DNA of 64,000 nucleotides, from contig JAQBRH010000004.1 of NCBI GenBank assembly GCA_028286565.1, forward strand, positions 122,168 through 186,167, read 5' to 3'. The translations under genes were made by a program, and so were the position numbers. The notes beneath the pieces are model-generated. The model saw only the letters and a list, made by a program, of their open reading frames with translations. It searched no databases and had not been told where the DNA came from. Numbering within the stretch: position 1 is the first letter of the stretch; the number at the start of each line of letters is the position of its first letter. Shown here one piece after another: positions 57,468-64,000 of the stretch. Source of the stretch: Parcubacteria group bacterium (GTDB lineage: Bacteria > Patescibacteriota > Minisyncoccia > Phycocordibacterales > Zambryskibacteraceae).

Positions 57468-58931
57468 ATGGTTACACTAAAGATCCCCAAAGAGATACAC
57501 GCTGTTTCAACTATTCTCAAAAAAAATAATTTTGAGGCTTTTGTCGTGGGAGGATCCGTTCGCGATCTCTTGATCGGACGAACTCCGACGGACTGGGACC
57601 TCACGACGTCCGCTACTCCGGAGAAAATAGTGGAGCTTTTTCCCCACACCTTTTATGAGAACGATTACGGCACCGTCGGAGTAGTAAACGACGAGACCGA
57701 AGATGAAACTCTTAAAACCGTAGAAGTAACTCCGTACCGGATCGAATCCGGCTATTCTGATTTCCGCCGCCCGGACAAAGTTGAATGGGGAAAGACGGTG
57801 GATGTTGACCTCGCGCGCCGAGACTTCACCATGAATGCGATCGCCTACGATGTGGATACAAAGACGCTTGTGGATCCATTTCACGGAGAAGAGGACATCC
57901 GGAAGAAGCTTATCCGCACAGTAGGGAAGCCGGATGAACGTTTCAGCGAAGACGCTCTCCGCATGCTGAGAGCCATCCGCCTCTCGGCCACGCTCGGCTT
58001 CGCCATCGAGCACGACACTCAGAAAGCGATCGAAGATAACAAGCAGCTGCTCGCCCATATTTCCAAAGAACGCATCAGAGATGAGTTCATAAAGATCATT
58101 TTGTCCGAAGCTCCGGCTCAAGCGCTCGACCTCGCCGCACGACTCGGCGTGCTCAAATATATCTCTCCGGAACTTTTGAAGGGCATCGGCGTCGAACAGA
58201 ACCGAGCGCACGCGTACACCGTCTGGGAACATCTTCTGCGTTCGCTCCAGCACGCCGCAGATAAAAAATATCCGCTTCATGTTCGGGTCTCCGCTCTTCT
58301 TCATGACATAGCCAAGCCCCACACCAGAAAATGGTTGAATGATCAGTGGACCTTTTACGGACACGAAGTGGTCGGAGCAAAGATCGCGAAGAGCTTACTG
58401 AACGATCTGAAATTTCCAAAAGAGATCGTGGACAAGGTGCACAAACTCGTTCGCTGGCATATGTTCTTCTCGGATACCGAAGAGATCTCGCTCTCGGCTG
58501 TTCGTCGCATGGTGCGAAACGTCACTCCGGAGCTCATTTGGGACCTCATGGATGTTCGTGCGGCGGACAGGATAGGCACTGGCAGGCCAAAGGAAGCTCC
58601 GTACCGCCTCAGGAAGTACCACGCGATGATCGAAGAGGTCATGCGCGATCCGATCAGCGTAAAGCAGCTCAAGGTGAACGGGGGAGATATCATGAAGATA
58701 ACGAGCGCTCCGGCGGGACCGCATATCGGTTTCATCTTGGAAATTTTGCTCTCAGAAGTGCTTGAAGATCCAAAGTTGAATACAAAAGAATATTTGGAGG
58801 ACAAGGTCCGGGAGTTACACGCACTTTCTCCGGAGGAACTTTCACAGCTCGGAAGGGAAGCGCGAATGAGGAATGAGCTCGAGGATGAGAAGGAGGTAGA
58901 GAAGATCAAAGGCAAACACGGGGTGAAGTAG
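57468..58931 (+). CDS. cca: CCA tRNA nucleotidyltransferase with HD domain
   Basis: VGGSVRD....DWD, DL.RRDFT.NA, EDALR.LR, LLHDIAKP; next to tRNAs lacking CCA. Confidence 0.93.
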   Translation: MVTLKIPKEIHAVSTILKKNNFEAFVVGGSVRDLLIGRTPTDWDLTTSATPEKIVELFPHTFYENDYGTVGVVNDETEDETLKTVEVTPYRIESGYSDFRRPDKVEWGKTVDVDLARRDFTMNAIAYDVDTKTLVDPFHGEEDIRKKLIRTVGKPDERFSEDALRMLRAIRLSATLGFAIEHDTQKAIEDNKQLLAHISKERIRDEFIKIILSEAPAQALDLAARLGVLKYISPELLKGIGVEQNRAHAYTVWEHLLRSLQHAADKKYPLHVRVSALLHDIAKPHTRKWLNDQWTFYGHEVVGAKIAKSLLNDLKFPKEIVDKVHKLVRWHMFFSDTEEISLSAVRRMVRNVTPELIWDLMDVRAADRIGTGRPKEAPYRLRKYHAMIEEVMRDPISVKQLKVNGGDIMKITSAPAGPHIGFILEILLSEVLEDPKLNTKEYLEDKVRELHALSPEELSQLGREARMRNELEDEKEVEKIKGKHGVK

Positions 58932-58990
58932 TTGACACTCATAATAAAATAGGTTATTATCCAAATAGATCACTCTTCCCTCGAGGCTCC

Positions 58991-59362
58991 ATGAAGAAAG
59001 TTCTTCTGATCGAAGACAACGAAATGTTCGTCAAAGCTTTCAAAGCTCTGACCAAGCACAAAGCGCCGGAGATCATCCTCCTCACCGCAGAATCAATCTG
59101 GGATGGACGCGCGCTCATGGACACCCACAAAGATTGGGATCTGGTGATCCTCGACGGGTCGATCAATGCTCCGCTCGACGGACTTGAGCTGATCGAAGAA
59201 CTGCGTACCTGGAACTATGAAGGACCCATCCTCACTATCGCCGGGACAGGAACCGACCGTCAGAAAATGCTCGAGTTCGGAGCTACTGACGAAGCCGACA
59301 AAACTCTCGGTCCATCTAAAGTGATCGAGAAGGCGCTGGAGATACTCGCACGAGCCACATGA
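58991..59362 (+). CDS. standalone response-regulator receiver domain
   Basis: VLLIEDN, DLVILD, DG.ELI, GA....K. Confidence 0.85.
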   Translation: MKKVLLIEDNEMFVKAFKALTKHKAPEIILLTAESIWDGRALMDTHKDWDLVILDGSINAPLDGLELIEELRTWNYEGPILTIAGTGTDRQKMLEFGATDEADKTLGPSKVIEKALEILARAT

Positions 59363-59461
59363 ACATTGCTGAATGCCGCAACACACCGCGGCGTTTTTTA
59401 TTTATACACAAACAAAAAATCCTCTTTGCGGGAGGATCTTTTGCAATGATCTGTAAAAAGA

Positions 59462-59734
59462 TTATTTGACTGCGTCTTTCAGGGCCTTTGCGGGGCGGAA
59501 CTTGGGAACGCGCATTGCGGGAACCGAGATCGATTCGCCGGTACGAGGATTTCGCGCCATGCGAGCCGCTCGAGTCTTCGTCGAGAAGATGCCGAGGCCA
59601 GCGATCGATACTTCGCCTCCTTTTTTCAAAGAAGAAACGATCGAATCGATGATAGTGTCGACGACTTCTTCCGCTTGTACCTTCGTACCGCCGAGCTTGC
59701 CGTGAACTGCTTCCACGATTAATGCTTTATTCAT
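59462..59734 (-). CDS. hup: DNA-binding protein HU
   Basis: MNK..I, V.I.G.G.F, RNPRTGE, PKF.P.K.LKDAV. Confidence 0.96.
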   Translation of the reverse strand: MNKALIVEAVHGKLGGTKVQAEEVVDTIIDSIVSSLKKGGEVSIAGLGIFSTKTRAARMARNPRTGESISVPAMRVPKFRPAKALKDAVK

Positions 59735-59857
59735 TTTGCTTGCTTAAACCGCTGATAAACGTTTGATCAGGATTTGGAATCCTATAAAAATTATATAGGA
59801 AGCCATTTTTTAAGCAACAACCTTGAAAATCTGGAACTTTATTGTATAAAAATCAGT

Positions 59858-61387
59858 TTATCTGGCGAACTCGATGGCGCGCTGTTCGCGGATGACATTC
59901 ACCTTGATCTCGCCCGGATATTTAAGATCGCGCTCGATCTTTAAAGCTATATCCCTGGCCATTTTCTGAGCTTCAAGGTCGGTCACTTTCTCCGGAGTGA
60001 CGAAGACTCGGATCTCTCGGCCCGCCTGAAGGGCATAGGCCTTTTCGACTCCGGGGAAGGCAAGAGCGATGCCTTCAAGGTCGCCAAGGCGCTTCAAATA
60101 GTGCTCAACTGTGTCCCGGCGGGCGCCCGGGCGGCCTCCGGAGATAGCATCCGCGGTCTGGACGATGATCGACTCGATAGTTTCGTACGGATATTCTCCG
60201 TGGTGAGCTTGCATGGCTTTGATCACATCCTCGGATACATTAAATTTCTGCAGGATCCTGCGTCCGATCTCCACGTGCGTGCCTGAAACTTCATGATCGA
60301 GAGCTTTGCCTATGTCGTGGAGAAGGGCGCCGGCCTTGGCCACCGCGACGTTCGCTCCGAGTTCTTCGGCGATCATGCCCGCGAGGTGGGCCATCTCGAC
60401 CGAGTGGTTAAGCACATTTTGTCCATATGACGTTCGGAAGAAGAGGCGCCCGAGGATAGCAAGGAGTTTTGGATCAAGGTTATAGACTCCGCACTCAAAG
60501 GCCGCGGCTTCGCCTTTCTCTTTGATCATCTTATTTATTTCAGCGCGAGCGTTCTCGACGAATTCTTCGATCTTCGCCGGCTGAATGCGCCCATCGACGA
60601 GAAGATTCTCGAGAGCGAGCTTCGCGACCGCCCGGCGCACGGGGTCGAACGAAGAGAGGGTGATGGATCCGGGAGTGTCATCAACGATCACTTCGACTCC
60701 CGTCGCTCGTTCGAAAGCTTTGATGTTGCGGCCTTCCTTACCGATGATCTTGCCCTTGAGCTCGTCCGAAGGAAGGGGGACAGAGGTGGCCATCACTTCG
60801 CCTGTGACAGAAGAAGCGAGGCGCTGGATCACGGTAGATAATATTTCTCGAGCTCGATCGGACAAGCGCTCTTCGGCCTGGCTTTCGAGCTTTTGCATGC
60901 GGACCAAGAGATCCTCCTCTGCGTTCCTCTCCGCGAGGGCCAGAAGCTCTTCTTTTGCCTCTTCGACCGAAAGACCCGCCACCTTGGCGAGTTCTTGGTT
61001 GCGGAGCTGGATCAGCTCGTCGGCCCGTTCGCGAATGGCGCGGATCTCCGAGGCTTTCTCTTTTATATATTCGGCTTCTTTATCAATATCGACCTGGCGC
61101 TTGTCCAAGAACTCCTCCTTTTTGACCAAGCGGTCCTCGGTCTTCTTGGTTCTCTCTTCGCGCTCGCCGATGACGGTCTCTGATTTATCCAAAAGCTCGC
61201 TCGCCTTTGCCTCTGCCTCGTCAATGACCGCTTCGGCCTCTTCTCGGGCCCGAAGTTCCATCTGTTTGATGTCGAGCTCCATCGAACCCTTGCGGCCGAG
61301 GGAGATGATGAGGCGCAGCAAATAGCCGAACCCTGTACCGGCGGCGGCGGCGAGCAATGCTAATAAAAAAGCTAACTTAAGCGACAT
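59858..61387 (-). CDS. rny: ribonuclease Y
   Basis: TM, coiled coil, KH motif KG.IIGKEGRNI, HD motif LLHDIGK, RPGAR, YPG.IKV. Confidence 0.97.
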   Translation of the reverse strand: MSLKLAFLLALLAAAAGTGFGYLLRLIISLGRKGSMELDIKQMELRAREEAEAVIDEAEAKASELLDKSETVIGEREERTKKTEDRLVKKEEFLDKRQVDIDKEAEYIKEKASEIRAIRERADELIQLRNQELAKVAGLSVEEAKEELLALAERNAEEDLLVRMQKLESQAEERLSDRAREILSTVIQRLASSVTGEVMATSVPLPSDELKGKIIGKEGRNIKAFERATGVEVIVDDTPGSITLSSFDPVRRAVAKLALENLLVDGRIQPAKIEEFVENARAEINKMIKEKGEAAAFECGVYNLDPKLLAILGRLFFRTSYGQNVLNHSVEMAHLAGMIAEELGANVAVAKAGALLHDIGKALDHEVSGTHVEIGRRILQKFNVSEDVIKAMQAHHGEYPYETIESIIVQTADAISGGRPGARRDTVEHYLKRLGDLEGIALAFPGVEKAYALQAGREIRVFVTPEKVTDLEAQKMARDIALKIERDLKYPGEIKVNVIREQRAIEFAR

Positions 61388-61538
61388 TTGCGGAATGGAT
61401 CCGCTTTCGAGTCTCTATATGGTGGGGTTGGAAAGGAAGGCGAGGCGGTCAGACGGACGTGGAGGGAAGGACAGAGGGTACCGAAAGCGAACAGTTTCAA
61501 TTAATCGTGTAGAGGGGAACAATTAGAGAGTACCCTAC

Positions 61539-62114
61539 CTAGAGAACTTTGTCTATGATGCCGTACTTTTTGGCGTCATCCGCTCCCATAAAAAAGTCTC
61601 GGTCAACATCCTTCTCGACTTTTGATACTGGCTGCCCTGTAGCCGAGGCCATCATTTTAATCAGACTGTTCTTGGTTTTAAGGAGCCATTCGGCGCGAAT
61701 AACGATGTCGGAGGCCTGCCCCTCGGCTCCTCCAAGGGGCTGGTGGATCATCACTTCAGAATTAGGGAGAGCAAATCTTTTGCCCTTAGCCCCGGCTGCT
61801 AACAGCCAAGCTCCTCCGGAAGCTGCCATGCCTACACACAAAGTCGAAACATCCGGTTTTATGTGGTTCATAGTATCGATCATCGCCAAGGTGGCAGTTA
61901 CCGAACCGCCGGGAGAATTGATATACAGAGAGATGTCTTTCTTCGCATCTTCTGACTGGAGAAAGAGAAGCTGGGCAATGACGATGTTGGCCGAATCATC
62001 GTCGATAGGACCGGTGAGAAATATGATCCGCTCCTTGAGGAGACGTGAATATATATCATAGGCGCGTTCGCCGAGAGGGGACTTCTCTATAACTGTGGGT
62101 ACGAGGTAACTCAT
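61539..62114 (-). CDS. clpP: ATP-dependent Clp protease proteolytic subunit
   Basis: [29 protein letters not shown]. Confidence 0.97.
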   Translation of the reverse strand: MSYLVPTVIEKSPLGERAYDIYSRLLKERIIFLTGPIDDDSANIVIAQLLFLQSEDAKKDISLYINSPGGSVTATLAMIDTMNHIKPDVSTLCVGMAASGGAWLLAAGAKGKRFALPNSEVMIHQPLGGAEGQASDIVIRAEWLLKTKNSLIKMMASATGQPVSKVEKDVDRDFFMGADDAKKYGIIDKVL

Positions 62115-62151
62115 GCCGACACTATATATAAAAGGAGGAAGAGAATCAACT

Positions 62152-62421
62152 TTAGTGGCCGAGCTTGAGGGCGCCGATCTCTTTTTCGATCTGGGCGAGC
62201 TCTTCTTCGAGGGCGGGGAGCTTGCTCTCATGCAGGACCTCATCATGATCCGTACCGTTGTTGAGCTCGAGGGAAACGCGATGAGCTTCGGCTTCGACCT
62301 CTTCGTTCAATTTCCGTGCCTTATCTGCGAGAGTGTCCATTTCTCCTTGTCGCAGGGGATCATGAGCGGCCGGAGTGTTTTCAAGATAAAACTTCGAATA
62401 CGATTCTGTTTGTTTTTCCAT
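62152..62421 (-). CDS. small acidic coiled-coil hypothetical protein
   Basis: TATAAT 7 nt before ATG62421; E/K-rich. Confidence 0.6.
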   Translation of the reverse strand: MEKQTESYSKFYLENTPAAHDPLRQGEMDTLADKARKLNEEVEAEAHRVSLELNNGTDHDEVLHESKLPALEEELAQIEKEIGALKLGH

Positions 62422-62473
62422 ACTAGGCATTATATAGATAAAAATAAAAAAAGCCCGTACACGCGTACGGAGC

Positions 62474-62773
62474 TCATTTGACGACAAATCCGCTTATGTG
62501 CTCGGCCATGGCGCGCAGAACGAGGGGATCGAGAACCTCGGCCGACTGACCCGAGATCTGCAGCTCGAGAAGCCGGTTGTTCAGGGCCCGATTGTAGTCG
62601 GTGTACCTCACCAACAGAGCGTTGCGAGAGATGGTTCTGCTTTGTAGATAAGCGTCGAGGTGCATTAGGTGATCTCTACACGCTTCATCCCCCAGCAAGT
62701 CTCTCACCAGGGCAAGGTTTTTTGAGTCTATCACCCCGAGCCCGTCGACTTTCTCATGACTAACGGCAGACAT
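62474..62773 (-). CDS. hypothetical protein
   Basis: 99 aa; GGAGG SD; flanked by terminators. Confidence 0.55.
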   Translation of the reverse strand: MSAVSHEKVDGLGVIDSKNLALVRDLLGDEACRDHLMHLDAYLQSRTISRNALLVRYTDYNRALNNRLLELQISGQSAEVLDPLVLRAMAEHISGFVVK

Positions 62774-62868
62774 GCACGCCTCCGAAGGTTCAGCTCTTTA
62801 GAAACTATGCTCCGGCTTCTAGTCTAAAGCAAGCAAAGAAAAAGCCCCGCGCAAAGCGGAGCAGGATA

Positions 62869-64000
62869 CTAAGGAACTTTCAGGAGCGTGAAACGACGTT
62901 CCGGACTCAGCCACTTTAGAGCTGAACGGACATCCTCCATGGTGAGCTTGCGAAGCGAGTCTCTGCTCTCTTTACAAGTAACCACCTTTTGCTCTTTTTC
63001 AAGATCTTTGAGAGCGCTGCCTCGGATAGCCGTCCCGTTCAGATCGCTCATGTCATAGGAGGCAAGCGACTGGTTAAGGGTCTTTTCAAAGAGATCTTCA
63101 CTGCTTCCTACCAGAGCAACGGACTTGGTTATGACTTCCTCGATACTGTCGACAGCCTTCAAGACCAAGGCCGAAGAGAATACCGAGAAGTCAATGACAT
63201 CCTGGTGGTAGGAACGCTCGGCTCTGATCTCATAGGCCCATCCGCGAGTTTCTCTCACTTCGTCAAACAAGATCCGGTTTAGCATCTCGCTCATGATGTA
63301 CACAGAGAAATCTTTGACCGATCCGGCGGGAATCACGCAGGCGCTGCCATAACTAGCAACTTCCCTCGCAGCATTAGTAACGATGTGCTTAGAAAATTCA
63401 AACACGTGGCGGCTCTCGGACGGAGCGGGATACGCTTCGAGTGGTGAGAGCAGGGGCTGGCGATCTCCAGATCTGATACGGCCCAGTGGGCTTTTTTCAA
63501 GAAGATCGACCGCCTTTTCCAGCGAAAGTCCGCCGACGAACACCATGCTCATGTTTCGAGCTGCATAATGTTCATCATGGAAAAGCTGCAGATCCGATTG
63601 AGCAATGCGACAGATCGACTCGGGCGATCCCATAGGCGAAAGATATCGACCGAGCCAGTGCGCCCCATACAGAACCTGGTTGAACTTTCCTTGGAGGTCA
63701 GCGAGCACCTTCACGGGATTTCTGCGCTGGTATTCGCCGAGAATTACTTCGCGTTGAATTTCTACAAAATTTTCTATTGGCCTCTCGGCAAATATCGCCC
63801 CGAAAATATCCAAGGCCTGACGCAAAATTGCATCATGTGTTGGTACAAAGAAGTGATATTTCGTCGCGTGATAATTCGTGGCGCCGAGTCTCACTCCGCC
63901 GCCCGTACTTTCAAAGAACTTGCGGATCTCGAGGTAGGGAACTGGTGTGTTGCGTGACACCAGGTGCTCTACAAAATGGGCAGAACCCTCAAGCCCGACA
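62869..64000 (-). CDS. M16 (insulinase) family peptidase, 5' end outside window
   Basis: frame stays open to the edge with GSAHFVEHL (HxxEH); LF.EVRE.RG.AY. Confidence 0.9.
   Translation of the reverse strand, partial: VGLEGSAHFVEHLVSRNTPVPYLEIRKFFESTGGGVRLGATNYHATKYHFFVPTHDAILRQALDIFGAIFAERPIENFVEIQREVILGEYQRRNPVKVLADLQGKFNQVLYGAHWLGRYLSPMGSPESICRIAQSDLQLFHDEHYAARNMSMVFVGGLSLEKAVDLLEKSPLGRIRSGDRQPLLSPLEAYPAPSESRHVFEFSKHIVTNAAREVASYGSACVIPAGSVKDFSVYIMSEMLNRILFDEVRETRGWAYEIRAERSYHQDVIDFSVFSSALVLKAVDSIEEVITKSVALVGSSEDLFEKTLNQSLASYDMSDLNGTAIRGSALKDLEKEQKVVTCKESRDSLRKLTMEDVRSALKWLSPERRFTLLKVP

Noticed and set aside
57160-57649. ORFs overlapping the tRNA genes
   Set aside because: Spurious translations of tRNA sequence.
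59402-59410. Isolated TTATACACA DnaA-box match (also TGTGGATAG at 17064)
   Set aside because: Single matches in AT-rich intergenic DNA are expected by chance.

Overview
64 kb of a small-genome bacterium that looks like Patescibacteria/CPR (Parcubacteria-like). Evidence: uL30 is missing from spc, uL15 is truncated, S12 lacks Pro90, tRNA-Arg(UCG) is present, core genes have no Shine-Dalgarno, and TGA is used as stop (code 11). The window holds infC-rpmI-rplT, the str/S10/spc ribosomal clusters broken into separately promoted blocks (rplJ-rplL plus orphans sit between rplB and rpsS), recJ-rnhA-comEC, pgk/tpiA, a type IV pilus cluster, xth, a DnaA-box/parS-like region at yraN, five tRNAs, cca, hup, rny, clpP and a partial M16 peptidase. 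The strongest signals not explained by the ORF track are: (1) a 125-bp structured element between the rplL stop and a second, synonymously recoded copy of the last 9 rplL codons; (2) a promoter- and terminator-bounded ~200-nt rod-like RNA between DnaA boxes; (3) a compact ~122-nt 6S-like RNA; (4) two translation-initiation classes, with leaderless or SD-less core genes and SD-led orphan cassettes; (5) short GC-rich palindromes inside coding sequences. All calls come from reading the sequence by eye. No database searches or folding programs were run.
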